Source: a virus
IMG/VR virus record: IMGVR_UViG_3300007634_000002
Location: 11,519-75,518 of that record
DNA: 64,000 nucleotides
Strand: one strand, 5' to 3'
This document shows, piece by piece, positions 38,221 to 48,416 of this stretch (position 1 is its first letter; each line of letters opens with the position of its first letter). Position numbers and translations under genes: made by a program. The notes below the pieces were generated by a model. It saw only the letters and a list, made by a program, of their open reading frames with translations. It was not told the DNA's origin and did no database searches.

Positions 38221-38937
38221 ATGCTTGCGCTCATACTGGCTCTTTGTGGCCAAAACATTGAAATGCCCGCTACGTTTACAGGGGCTCCCGGGCAATTTAT
38301 TGCTGTGCGGCCCACTAAGACTGATGGCAAGATTGTGCAATACTTTCCGCTCGACAATGGGCTGTCCGTGTTTCCTGCTGCATTGCTTAATGACACTACC
38401 GCAACTGTTGTCACTGCGGTAAAACCCGGAAAATACCGATTGCTGGCGTATACCGCACTTGCCGACAAGCCAAGTTTGCCGGTCATTGTCACTGTTGTTG
38501 TTGGCGACGGTAATCCTGAGCCAGTTCCACCCACCCCCATCCCTGTACCACCAATGCCAATTCCAACACCAAAGATCGATGACGAGACGTACGGTCTCGG
38601 TACATTTATTTACAAAAGTGTGGACGGTAGTGTTGCAGCTTCTGCGGGGCGTAAAGAAGTTGCTGCGGCTTTTGCTGAAAATTTTAGAGTGACAGCATCG
38701 CAAATCGGCGCAGGTACTTTGACGCAAGTCGCAAAGATTCTGCAAACAGTAACCGAGCAAAACGACGCAACACTGTCCAATCTGACAGCGGACAAAGCTA
38801 AATGGGAGAAAAGTGCGGTAGCTTTGCAGGACGAATTGCTTAAACTAAACCGGGACAAGAAACTGGTAAAGCCTGAAGATTTTCGTGTAGCATTCTTAGA
38901 ACTTAGCAGCGGCTTTGCGGCAATGGCGGCTAAATAA
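38221..38937 (+). CDS. Secreted-type protein: short hydrophobic signal, beta domain, Pro-rich linker, helical domain
   Basis: GGGAG RBS before ATG 38221 (MLALILALCGQ); PEPVPPTPIPVPPMPIPTP linker. Confidence 0.65.
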   Translation: MLALILALCGQNIEMPATFTGAPGQFIAVRPTKTDGKIVQYFPLDNGLSVFPAALLNDTTATVVTAVKPGKYRLLAYTALADKPSLPVIVTVVVGDGNPEPVPPTPIPVPPMPIPTPKIDDETYGLGTFIYKSVDGSVAASAGRKEVAAAFAENFRVTASQIGAGTLTQVAKILQTVTEQNDATLSNLTADKAKWEKSAVALQDELLKLNRDKKLVKPEDFRVAFLELSSGFAAMAAK

Positions 38938-38944
38938 GGAGAGT

Positions 38945-39880
38945 ATGATGTCAATCATCGACGAATATATCGACGGTACAACGAGGGGATGGTCGGAAGA
39001 GGGCGCAGCAGAAGAATTTGCTGGAATTAGAAGTACCTATAATTTTATACAAAATCGATTAATACTTGAGCCCGGTCGCGCGCGTAAATCATCCAATTAT
39101 AAAGCTGTGCGTAAAGCTTTAGACGGCAAGGACATTAAGAATATTCCCCAAGAAGTGGGCGATTGCGTTTCTTGGGGAGCTCGCAATGCCGCCGCAGTTA
39201 CGGGTTGCGTAGATATCGTCGTCCGCAATGAGAGCGAGATTTGGAAAGACCCGTTCCCGCCTTATTACTACGGCACATCCCGCGTGCAGGTTGGTAAAGG
39301 CAAAGCTGGTAACGGTGACGGTTCTTACGGGAGCTGGATGGCCGCAGCCGTAATGGCATACGGGACCATCTATTTCGGTGAAGACAAAGTGCCGCCGTAC
39401 TCGGGATCTATCGCTCGGGCGTGGGGTAAGTCCGGTCCACCTGCTGGGATGCTGGACGTTGGCAAGAACTTCCTGATTAGATCTGCCGTTGAGATCAAAT
39501 CATGGGAAGACGCCGTGACTTACAGTGTTAATGGTTACGGCATGACAGTCGCCAGTAACTACGGTTTCTCCATGCTGCCTGACTCTAGTGGTTTCCACCA
39601 ACAGTCAGGTAAATGGGGACATCAGATGTGCATTCTGGACATCGATGACGAATGGAAAGAACCTTACGCAATTATTCGTAATTCGTGGGGTGATGTGCAC
39701 GGAAAGCTTTACGACTTTTACGATAAAACCCAATTGCCTGCCGGTTGCCTACGTATTACCCGCAAGGCACTGGAAGGAATGATTTCATCCGGCGAAGTTT
39801 TTGCCTTCTGCCAATACTATCAACCTAAGTCACAGGATGTTGATGCTTCTTTGTTTAAATTGTGGAATAACACCAAGTAA
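38945..39880 (+). CDS. Papain-like (C1 family) cysteine peptidase
   Basis: Catalytic motifs QEVGDCVSWG (Gln/Cys), WGHQMCI (His) and IRNSWG (Asn). Confidence 0.85.
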   Translation: MMSIIDEYIDGTTRGWSEEGAAEEFAGIRSTYNFIQNRLILEPGRARKSSNYKAVRKALDGKDIKNIPQEVGDCVSWGARNAAAVTGCVDIVVRNESEIWKDPFPPYYYGTSRVQVGKGKAGNGDGSYGSWMAAAVMAYGTIYFGEDKVPPYSGSIARAWGKSGPPAGMLDVGKNFLIRSAVEIKSWEDAVTYSVNGYGMTVASNYGFSMLPDSSGFHQQSGKWGHQMCILDIDDEWKEPYAIIRNSWGDVHGKLYDFYDKTQLPAGCLRITRKALEGMISSGEVFAFCQYYQPKSQDVDASLFKLWNNTK

Positions 39881-39890
39881 GGAGTTTCTT

Positions 39891-40319
39891 GTGGATACTG
39901 CTAAGCTTCAAAGCATTGTTGATGTCATTTTTTCAGCAGCGGGTGAGTTCTTGCCCTTTCCTGCACGTTTAGTACTCAAGTTGCTGAAAACCATTGTGGA
40001 CAACAAAGTAGTCCCACAGTTGGCAGCAAAGTTTCGTGTAGCGGATTCGGACGTTGATGTCCTTGGCGGGTTAGCATACGCAGCACCTGATCAGCTCAGG
40101 TTTGTTGTACAGCAAATTATCAATCTGCTGCGCGATCAGCTCAGCGACACAACGTTGCTTGCGTTGGTAGATTCATTGAGCACCTTTATCACCGGTGCGT
40201 TGCTTGATTTGATCTGGGAACGTTTGGTTCCAACACAAGCTGATGTGATTGGTGCGCTTGATCCAACCAACATTAAGGCGGAAGCTGACGTGTTTGCTCG
40301 CTCCTTGTCGATTGAATGA
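39891..40319 (+). CDS. Amphipathic helical hypothetical protein, possibly membrane-associated
   Basis: AAGGAG RBS before GTG 39891; Leu/Val-rich helices. Confidence 0.6.
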   Translation: MDTAKLQSIVDVIFSAAGEFLPFPARLVLKLLKTIVDNKVVPQLAAKFRVADSDVDVLGGLAYAAPDQLRFVVQQIINLLRDQLSDTTLLALVDSLSTFITGALLDLIWERLVPTQADVIGALDPTNIKAEADVFARSLSIE

Positions 40320-40342
40320 TAAGATGAAATAACGCTGTTCTG

Positions 40343-40372
40343 ACGGGCGGCCCAAAGCCGCCCGTTTCTTTT
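40343..40372 (+). terminator. Rho-independent terminator closing the papain cassette
   Basis: ACGGGCGGC-CCAAA-GCCGCCCGT followed by TTCTTTT. Confidence 0.8.
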
Positions 40373-40384
40373 CAGGAAGTCATC

Positions 40385-41902
40385 ATGTCACTGCCAATTT
40401 ATCCAAAAGATGACTTAGACGACTCATCCGTATTGCTAAATACCGTTGGTAATTTCTGGGCAGACTTGTTTGCACAATCGGAGCAAGTCAAATCATTATT
40501 TGTTGCTCGCGCTGCCCGCGATAAACAAATCACACAGAATTTTGATGAATTGTTGGCGTCAGTCAGTCGGCTAAAACTTAAGCCTTTACGCAAATTAGAA
40601 TGGCATCTTTTGACGTTTGACACTGCACAACGCAATCAAACAATTCTTAACCGCACACGTTACGGCGTCGGTATGGATACTTACGGACAAGGCGTAACGT
40701 ATGGACAAACACAGGCGCTGCAATACACAACGTATCCACTGCCCGCCAAATTAAGCGTAGTGCCCGCGCTGAGTAACAGATTGTCAGCGGCCAGTTATAC
40801 GGCAATTAACGGATCAGATTACGTAGTACAGGATGGTGTAATTCTTTTCTTGGAAGATCCCGCATCCAATCCAAACATCATTACAGAAGACGGCAAATTT
40901 ACGTTGTGGGTCTTTGGTAGCGAATGGGATGAGCGTGATCTTTTCTATCAGTTTGGATACGTCATTTCACAAGAACAAAAATCGTCGCACACGTACCGCG
41001 ATTTTATAAATGCTAATTACGATTCCATGATTGAGGGTACATCTGCTCGTGCCTTGGACCATCTGTTGGAAGCTTTTGCTGACGTACCGTTAACCAAAAC
41101 AAATGATGAAATCGTGACTCAGATTTTTGATTTTCAAAATAAAAGTTGGGTGGTAACGGATAAAAACGTGTATGGGTATGCGCTTGGAGCCACGTTACTT
41201 GTCACAGTAGGCGATCAGTTAAAACAAGGACAGCCTTTAACGGATACGTTGCAAATTTACGGTTTTAATCGTGGGGAATTGCCTGATAGCGTCAAAGCAT
41301 TAGCTATCGGGAAAAACTTCATGGTGTCTGGTATTTATCAAGACATCGTGTGTGAAAATAACACATACGCAACTAATGTGTACACCAAAGACGACGGATA
41401 CACAGCGTTTGAATTCCCTGTGCAAGGTAATCCCGGCGACGTTGAAAAGTTCTGGCAAGACACGCATGACCGAGGTGTAGCCGCAGGGGCAACCTTGGCA
41501 ATGCTGTTAGATAGTCGCACCGTTAAAACAGGACAGCCCGGACCTTTGGCACTTCCGGCAACAATTAATCCACTGTTGTTCCTGACTAGAAACATTTTGC
41601 GCAACAACTTTATACTGCTTGTACTTAGACCGTCGAAATTTGGCTCAAATGCGTTAAGATTAAACCTTACTTACGCGTTGCGACGTATCGTACCACCGCA
41701 TATCGGCGTAATGGTGCTTATTGCGTTGGATGCTGAAACTGACCAGATTACGATGGACGGTATCAGTTCAACAGATGCCGGGCTCGTTGAAGAAGACGTG
41801 CTGGTTTATTTTGGGAATAGTGTTGAAGAAATAATAGATGCCGATACTTTGGTGGATGATCAGGATGTCACGATTCGACTAATTCAAGGACGCTGCGAAT
41901 GA
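40385..41902 (+). CDS. Baseplate wedge protein (gpI/gp7-like)
   Basis: Follows the J-like gene after the cassette; C-terminal LRRIVPPHIGV matches the gpI-like P.H motif. Confidence 0.6.
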   Translation: MSLPIYPKDDLDDSSVLLNTVGNFWADLFAQSEQVKSLFVARAARDKQITQNFDELLASVSRLKLKPLRKLEWHLLTFDTAQRNQTILNRTRYGVGMDTYGQGVTYGQTQALQYTTYPLPAKLSVVPALSNRLSAASYTAINGSDYVVQDGVILFLEDPASNPNIITEDGKFTLWVFGSEWDERDLFYQFGYVISQEQKSSHTYRDFINANYDSMIEGTSARALDHLLEAFADVPLTKTNDEIVTQIFDFQNKSWVVTDKNVYGYALGATLLVTVGDQLKQGQPLTDTLQIYGFNRGELPDSVKALAIGKNFMVSGIYQDIVCENNTYATNVYTKDDGYTAFEFPVQGNPGDVEKFWQDTHDRGVAAGATLAMLLDSRTVKTGQPGPLALPATINPLLFLTRNILRNNFILLVLRPSKFGSNALRLNLTYALRRIVPPHIGVMVLIALDAETDQITMDGISSTDAGLVEEDVLVYFGNSVEEIIDADTLVDDQDVTIRLIQGRCE

Positions 41903-42489
41903 CCACTGACAAGATCCAACCTCCTACTGGCATGGTACGGCTCCACAACGTAGAGCCAAATAAAATCACGCCTATTACGTCGTGGCAACCTAATACCGTT
42001 CTATACGAATGGGCAGCAATTGCTGCCCAATTGCTGACGACCGGTGAAAAGCAGTATCGCATTTCGGGTATGTACATCGAATACGAGAATGTGGCTTCCG
42101 CAGAAGATACGGTAGTTGTGCCCAGTTACGGCAGAGAATCTTCAGCCGGTATCGATTACTACACTGGGCTGATTGGTACGCCTAACAGAGATTACCTGCG
42201 CATACCGTTGGTGTCGGCGCAAGTCATCAGCACCGACGAGGTTGCATATCCCAAGGGAAATCAGCCTGTATTTTTTGCACAAACCACAGGCGTTGTCGGC
42301 GTACACGGCCGGCCATTCTCGGATGCCAGCAACAGTAAAGTTTTTGGGGCTGCACTCGTTGCCATCGTGGACGAAGCCGATGCTACGAGAGATTTGGTAT
42401 TTAGCCGGTTCTATCTGTCAACCAGCTTGCAACAACTAAAGCTTGTTTCCAGCCAAATTGGTTTGGAATGGAAGCTCCAGTTGCGCTAA
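41899..42489 (+). CDS. Baseplate/tail structural protein
   Basis: ATGA overlap; position between the wedge and fibre-like genes. Confidence 0.55.
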   Translation: MTTDKIQPPTGMVRLHNVEPNKITPITSWQPNTVLYEWAAIAAQLLTTGEKQYRISGMYIEYENVASAEDTVVVPSYGRESSAGIDYYTGLIGTPNRDYLRIPLVSAQVISTDEVAYPKGNQPVFFAQTTGVVGVHGRPFSDASNSKVFGAALVAIVDEADATRDLVFSRFYLSTSLQQLKLVSSQIGLEWKLQLR

Positions 42490-42502
42490 GGAGAACACCA
42501 GC

Positions 42503-44299
42503 GTGTTAAACGAATACATCAATTTCGTGCGCGACGGTGAACCCGTTTCAGCTGGTGTAACCAACCGGCCCACCGCACAGCTTCAGCAAAATATTAATTA
42601 CATATGGGAAGTTTTAGGTGCGTCTGGCGTTGGTTCAACAATTGTTATCCGTAAGACCGCAGTAGCCTCTGCTGTTAAAGTTGGACAGCCTGTTTACTTC
42701 TCATCGTCAAGTCAAGTCTTTGAGCAAGCTTTATCGGCTGTTGCAAGCGGTACCGTCAACGGGCATGTCGTTGCGGCAGAATCAGCGCAGGTGTGGGGTG
42801 TCGTTCTTCAAAAACTGTCAGCCACTTCTGCTGACATTCTTGTATCAGGCTATTCAGCGTTGAACTTGAATGAAGCCGTCACGGGTACCGTAACTGCGGG
42901 ATTGTATTACTTATCGGGGTCAACTCCCGGCAAGCTTGTTAATACGCGGACACCTGTAACCGTTCCCGTATTGCGTGCGGATGGCAACGGTAACGTGCTG
43001 GTGTTGCCGCAGTTTGCAGATTTCATCGACAGGCACGTGCACTATAAGTTTGATTTGGTATGCGCTCCTGCCGGAGCATACGCAGAACCGGCTTCAGGCG
43101 ATCGGCACGTCATTACGCTTGCGGATTCAACCTTACCGGGATGGTTACCTGCTGGGGATCCAATTTTTAACGGCAAAGCTCCCGCAGGCGCCATGTTTGG
43201 CTACAACCTGTCGGCGCATTCGGAATTGCAAAATGTATGGCCGCCTATTCCTGTAACTGAAGCATATGTAGAATGGGATCGCGGATATATTACATTCTTA
43301 GGTGCCGCAGGAATCAATTTAGGCATAAACGAAGCGTGTGTTGTTGATCGTAACGGTATTTGGTGGATGTCAGACTGTTACGATGACGTACCGTGGCCAA
43401 CTGCATATAATTCTCCGGGTTTTTCTACAAGCTTGTCAGATCCACCCGATGCCGAGTGCCCACGCCGACAGCAAATGTCTATGCGTATTTGGTTTACTAA
43501 ACCGTCATTTGCTACCGATGCTACTGTAGTTACTAGCCTTAAGTCTTTAGATCCGCGCCTTGTCATCACCTGCACAGACGGAACCGCAGGGTCTTTAGGC
43601 GCGTTAAATATTGACTTGGATCTTAATTTTTTAGCGACAACAGGTGCTACAGGTTATCAAGTCCTTAAAGAAATTACAGGTAATTCATTTACGCAAGGAC
43701 CTGTTTGTGAAGGTCTGTACACGCTGAGCTCTTCGGTATCGTTATCCAGTCCGTCTCGTCGCCGTTTAGTAGTTGGCAGTGCCAGCAGTCCTTGGCTTTA
43801 TCAAGGTCCTGTGGAAATCTCCGTGGTTCCGACTGAATCGCGAGAAATTGAAGTCCAGTTAATACGTTTAGACGGCGTGGAAGAACAATTTTACGAAGAC
43901 GTAACTTATCTTGGTTTCCCTGCCGCAAGTGAAACGTCTATTAGGTGTAAGTTACATGTTCCGAGCTCAACTGGTTTTGTTTCACCTGTTATTTCTCTTA
44001 AGTTGCGTATTCTTGGTCGTGCCGTTGGAAATTTACCGAGTCTTACAGTCACGGCGCGACGATTGCCAAAGCCGGCAACAGGGGCGTCGGTAGCACTTCC
44101 TTTGGCCGCTAGTGAATTTCCTGTCACTATTGTTACAACAGCCACATTAGGCGCAAGTAATAAATATATTGACGTTACAAGCACAAGTTTTGCTGTTGCA
44201 GACGGCGATACCCTGTTATTTACAGTTCAGCGCAGCGAAGATGCTTACGCTGGAGAAGTTGGTATTTTGCAAATGACTGGAATTTTATCTGCGTCGTAA
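42503..44299 (+). CDS. Tail fibre/baseplate attachment protein
   Basis: AAGGAG RBS before GTG 42503; N-terminal DGEPVSAGVTNRPTAQLQQN is typical of fibre anchor domains. Confidence 0.55.
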   Translation: MLNEYINFVRDGEPVSAGVTNRPTAQLQQNINYIWEVLGASGVGSTIVIRKTAVASAVKVGQPVYFSSSSQVFEQALSAVASGTVNGHVVAAESAQVWGVVLQKLSATSADILVSGYSALNLNEAVTGTVTAGLYYLSGSTPGKLVNTRTPVTVPVLRADGNGNVLVLPQFADFIDRHVHYKFDLVCAPAGAYAEPASGDRHVITLADSTLPGWLPAGDPIFNGKAPAGAMFGYNLSAHSELQNVWPPIPVTEAYVEWDRGYITFLGAAGINLGINEACVVDRNGIWWMSDCYDDVPWPTAYNSPGFSTSLSDPPDAECPRRQQMSMRIWFTKPSFATDATVVTSLKSLDPRLVITCTDGTAGSLGALNIDLDLNFLATTGATGYQVLKEITGNSFTQGPVCEGLYTLSSSVSLSSPSRRRLVVGSASSPWLYQGPVEISVVPTESREIEVQLIRLDGVEEQFYEDVTYLGFPAASETSIRCKLHVPSSTGFVSPVISLKLRILGRAVGNLPSLTVTARRLPKPATGASVALPLAASEFPVTIVTTATLGASNKYIDVTSTSFAVADGDTLLFTVQRSEDAYAGEVGILQMTGILSAS

Positions 44300-44317
44300 C
44301 AAGACAGGAGAATACTC

Positions 44318-45277
44318 ATGCCTGTCGGCAATTGGAATTTAGAGTTTCTAAATCACAACAGTCAACGGAATTATCCGTTGGCAGATACCGCTACTGGTAC
44401 AGATACGTCTAGCAGTTTTACAATTCCAGAAGATTTTATTGTCGAATTAGACTTACCCATTCACGCTGGATTAAACGTAGCTAGCGGTCGGTTCTTTATT
44501 AAACGTATAGATGCTTATTCCATCGGGTATGCTGTGATCGTCGGCTATGCGCCAGTTTCTGGCGATCCTGTTGATGCAGCCACGGCATTAATTCCACGGC
44601 AATCATTTGCAACTGGCGCTAAAAACGTCGTGTTTTCTTTGGGCGGTGTCGGTAGTTTTTCTGACACTGCGGGAAAGATTGTTATCGGCAAATTGACGGG
44701 AATAGATTTGCAACCTTCGGGTAGCTGGTTTTTTGAGTTTGTCGCAAGCCAGTTAGATCCAGATGCAATTAGACCAATTATTACAGGCGTCAGTTCTATT
44801 ACGTTAATTAATGGTGCGCAAGCATCCGGTAAATTTTACGGTGACGTTGAATTAGTTGCTGGAAATAATTGCCAGCTTGTGCCTGTAGTAGTTGATGGGG
44901 ATCTGGCAAGAATTCGCATTAATTTTATTCAGGGCGAAGGTTCTGTAGAAGATTGCACGTGTTATGGCGACGCTGCGTTGACTACACCTATTAAAACGAT
45001 TAACGGTGTGCCTGCAACGACGGCAGGTGGTTTTAGTTTTGCAGGTACAGATTGTTTGCAAATTGAGCCAATTACTAATGGTGTTAAGTTTGTCGATACG
45101 TGTGCAAGCCCGTGTTGTGGGGCAACGGAACTCGAACGAATCACGCAAGATTTAGAACGCTTGGCGCAGCAAGCCACTAATATTGAAGGTTTTCTGTCGC
45201 GTTTGCAAATCTCTGTTCAAACCATGGACATGGTGGTATTGGGTTCGCGTTTGAATGACAGGAGTTGCGCTACCTAA
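44318..45277 (+). CDS. Tail/baseplate protein, paralog 1 of 5
   Basis: FLNHNSQRNYPL N-motif; PIKTINGV; CASPCC followed by a coiled coil. Confidence 0.6.
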   Translation: MPVGNWNLEFLNHNSQRNYPLADTATGTDTSSSFTIPEDFIVELDLPIHAGLNVASGRFFIKRIDAYSIGYAVIVGYAPVSGDPVDAATALIPRQSFATGAKNVVFSLGGVGSFSDTAGKIVIGKLTGIDLQPSGSWFFEFVASQLDPDAIRPIITGVSSITLINGAQASGKFYGDVELVAGNNCQLVPVVVDGDLARIRINFIQGEGSVEDCTCYGDAALTTPIKTINGVPATTAGGFSFAGTDCLQIEPITNGVKFVDTCASPCCGATELERITQDLERLAQQATNIEGFLSRLQISVQTMDMVVLGSRLNDRSCAT

Positions 45278-45288
45278 GGAGATTGCCT

Positions 45289-46761
45289 GTGTCTGTTCCC
45301 GCCTGCGCAACACTTACGCGTATTGGTATTAACCAAGCTCCCGGTAACGGATCAGATTATCCTTTTGTACAGCAATCTGAATTAGGTTGGGCGTTACTTG
45401 ATGTTTATCTGTCGTACGCAGACGACACGTGCTACATAAATGCGCCGTTTTACATCAGCATTTATCCGACAGCCGTATCTCCTGTTCCCGCAGGCACTGT
45501 AAATATTAGAGACAAAGACAATGCAATTGTATTTTCCGGAACACTTGGAGCCGGACAAGCATGGGGTACAGATCGTCTTATCTGCGAAATGTTAAATGAT
45601 ACTGGGGTGTTGCGTCTAGTTTTACATAAACCATGCTTTCAAACTTTACCGCTAAACACATGGACAATTGCAACAGAACCATTAGATCCACGTACGTACA
45701 GCAAAGTACCAAAACGACTTGAGACTGTTCGCGTAGGGTTAGATGCCCAAGGCGGAGCTCTTGCATTATATGCAGGATATAACGTTGTACTGGAACCACA
45801 AGATGTAACCAACGACGACGGTGGCCGATTTAAAACACGTTTTCTTATCGATGGCGTACCCGGTGCCGGTTTAGGAAGACTTACAGGCTGCGATCCTGAT
45901 GCACAACCGATACGTACCATTAATCAAATCGGTCCGGATGCGTTTGGTAATTTCAACATGCAATGGGATGCGTGTTATCGTGGTCAACGCCGGGCCACTG
46001 TAGATTACGGTGAAGCAGAACCCGTGGGCATGTTTGCCTCTGATACTACACGGCACAGTTTTAGAGTTTTTAACGATTGTCAGCCTTGTCAGGCTTGTAA
46101 TTATTTTGTGAGAACGTATCGAGGTTTGAAAGTGTTGTGGGATCGTTACGCAACGATAGCAACAACTGCCGAAACGGTCCGAGATCAATTTGTAAGTAAT
46201 GTTGCGCGCTGGGATGCCGCCGCTGATTGTCGAGGAAAACGGTCACTCCAAGTAATATTTACAGCTGAAACAGAATGTCGTTTTTTTGTCGGTGCAACTT
46301 ATTGCAATTATTCAGAATGTTGTGTCATACAACCTGAAATGCGTTTTACTTTTTTTAGGTACGTCGGCGGAGTACCTACTGCCGTACCAGCTACCGCAAC
46401 AATTTTACGGTCGTTTGCGCAATTTGGCACTGCAAATGAAGAAGAACTTTTACCTACAGAAGCATGGCCTGTATTTTCATACCAACCGGAATTAGTAAAA
46501 GCTCAAGATACGATTTTAGCGCGATTACGTTTGTGCGCAACCTGTTCCGATTCCGACAGTTATGGTGTGTACGTTAGTGTACATTTTGAGGATACTGCAT
46601 ACTCGCCCGATACGTGTGTGGGTGAAGTAATTGAAGTCCCTGCGGCATTGTCGGCTTTGTGGGCTGCCGAAGGAATATCCACCCCAACAACACGTGCGTT
46701 GGAATTTAAACTGGTACCGGCTAATCCCGCTAAAGAACCATTTGGATGTGGGTGTAATTAA
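45289..46761 (+). CDS. Tail/baseplate protein, paralog 2 of 5
   Basis: AAGGAG RBS before GTG 45289; GNGSDYPF, PIRTINQIGPD and CQPCQAC motifs. Confidence 0.6.
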   Translation: MSVPACATLTRIGINQAPGNGSDYPFVQQSELGWALLDVYLSYADDTCYINAPFYISIYPTAVSPVPAGTVNIRDKDNAIVFSGTLGAGQAWGTDRLICEMLNDTGVLRLVLHKPCFQTLPLNTWTIATEPLDPRTYSKVPKRLETVRVGLDAQGGALALYAGYNVVLEPQDVTNDDGGRFKTRFLIDGVPGAGLGRLTGCDPDAQPIRTINQIGPDAFGNFNMQWDACYRGQRRATVDYGEAEPVGMFASDTTRHSFRVFNDCQPCQACNYFVRTYRGLKVLWDRYATIATTAETVRDQFVSNVARWDAAADCRGKRSLQVIFTAETECRFFVGATYCNYSECCVIQPEMRFTFFRYVGGVPTAVPATATILRSFAQFGTANEEELLPTEAWPVFSYQPELVKAQDTILARLRLCATCSDSDSYGVYVSVHFEDTAYSPDTCVGEVIEVPAALSALWAAEGISTPTTRALEFKLVPANPAKEPFGCGCN

Positions 46762-48416
46762 TGGCGATTCGCAACCAACACTGGTATTCGTTAAACGAGG
46801 GTATTGCTTATCCCGTTGATGAAACTGCCACAAGTGTAGATGACGCGGGGCTACGGTTACAAAATAATGTTATTACGGATTTACATTTACGATGGTCTAA
46901 TCAATTAGGGCGCTATGCATTTATAAGCTCAATCACAATTACGGATACATTTGTATCTATTACTTTTCTGGTAAGCACCACACTAGGCGCAGCAACATTA
47001 AAACCTTTGGCGGTTATTTCGGAAGCACGTCCTGTCGTAGAAGGGCGGCAATATTCTCTAGATCCTCAAGCAGACGGTGTAAGTGGCTGGATTACATTTG
47101 GAAGCGGTGTTTCGTCTAAAACTAATTATCGTGCAAGGTTTTCCACACCACAACAAAGTTTTTTAACGGCACGCGCAGCACGCAGTTACGCGCCTCTTGC
47201 CGTTACAGGAATGCGAACACTAGATGCCGCAACGCCGCTAGAAGACATTGTGCGTTTACGCGCAACAGAACCGCTTGAGATTGTAGGAGAAGATCGTGAA
47301 ATCGACGGTATATTGCGTAAAGTAGCAGTTGTACGTTTAATCGACACCGCAATAGAGACAGCGCGCCAAGATACGACAACGGCAGCATTGCAAAGCGTTT
47401 TTCAACAATTTACGGGACCGTGCGGCAAGCGTCCGGACAGCAATACGTGCACAAAACCGCCTATCGAGTTTATAAATGCGGTTGGCCCCGATTGCGACGG
47501 TTTGCTTACTGTTCAAATTAAAGGTTTTGCACTTACCGCCAAAATTGACAGCGAATGCGGCGTTCTTATTGATACGCCGGTTGGTTTGTTTGACGCGTGC
47601 TTGCCCCCGCAATTACCATCCAGTGCAGGGTTGCTACCCAGCCAGTATGCAGAAACCAACGTCATTCCGCCCGAACCTCCCGTGGAACCTCCCGTTACAC
47701 CACCACCGTCTGAAAGTGTGGTTATCGTTGGATCTTTACCGTATTCCGAAGGTTTTGGCGACATGTCTGGAGACATGTTTGTACCAATTCCAACGTCGGG
47801 TCGTTGGCTCATTACTTTGACTACCGGTGACAACACTCGGCCAACATGGATGAGTCAATCGCTGTCTGAATCTTTCAGCGACAATTTTGTACCTCAGTAC
47901 GCACTGACGTCTGAATCACAGGCATTACGTAATATCACATTGTGGCAAGGCTTTGACGTACAAACCGTATTCCGCCGCATATCAATACATACACGCATGC
48001 GTCCGGGTACTGTCGGAAGTAAACATAACGCGGGTTTAGTATTGAATTACCGCCCGCACACAACAATAGCCGGGCGCTACGAATATTACGTCGCTATTTT
48101 AAATTACGATACTCAAACGTTGCGGCTACATTATTTTGATGGAGTGCAGCTATTGAGCGCCGTTGCTTCTGTGTTTGTTCCGGGTATTCGTTTAGACGAT
48201 TGGTATCGCATTTCGGCCACGGTTTTGCCCGGAACCGCAACGACAGAAACTAAAATTTCAGTACAGGTTACTGGTTTAACAATTCCAACTGTTTTTGCAG
48301 AATTTGGTCCTATTGTCGTTACTAATTACCGTCCTAGCGTTGGCCGTATCGGTTTCTACGCAGATAAATCGGTTTCTGAGTTCGGCTACTTCTATCTGGA
48401 GGAAGTAAATGCCTGA
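46761..48416 (+). CDS. Tail/baseplate protein, paralog 3 of 5, with a C-terminal beta-sandwich-like domain
   Basis: WYSLNEGIAYPV, PIEFINAVGPD, Pro-rich linker. Confidence 0.6.
   Translation: MAIRNQHWYSLNEGIAYPVDETATSVDDAGLRLQNNVITDLHLRWSNQLGRYAFISSITITDTFVSITFLVSTTLGAATLKPLAVISEARPVVEGRQYSLDPQADGVSGWITFGSGVSSKTNYRARFSTPQQSFLTARAARSYAPLAVTGMRTLDAATPLEDIVRLRATEPLEIVGEDREIDGILRKVAVVRLIDTAIETARQDTTTAALQSVFQQFTGPCGKRPDSNTCTKPPIEFINAVGPDCDGLLTVQIKGFALTAKIDSECGVLIDTPVGLFDACLPPQLPSSAGLLPSQYAETNVIPPEPPVEPPVTPPPSESVVIVGSLPYSEGFGDMSGDMFVPIPTSGRWLITLTTGDNTRPTWMSQSLSESFSDNFVPQYALTSESQALRNITLWQGFDVQTVFRRISIHTRMRPGTVGSKHNAGLVLNYRPHTTIAGRYEYYVAILNYDTQTLRLHYFDGVQLLSAVASVFVPGIRLDDWYRISATVLPGTATTETKISVQVTGLTIPTVFAEFGPIVVTNYRPSVGRIGFYADKSVSEFGYFYLEEVNA

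Noticed and set aside
38221-38260. Lipoprotein (spanin-like) signal in MLALILALCGQ
   Set aside because: L-A-L-C does not fit the lipobox (the residue before Cys should be G/A/S) and there is no basic N-region
19836-44299. Extracellular contractile injection system or tailocin rather than a phage
   Set aside because: The same operon encodes capsid, protease, scaffold-like and neck proteins, so a DNA-packaging virion is more likely
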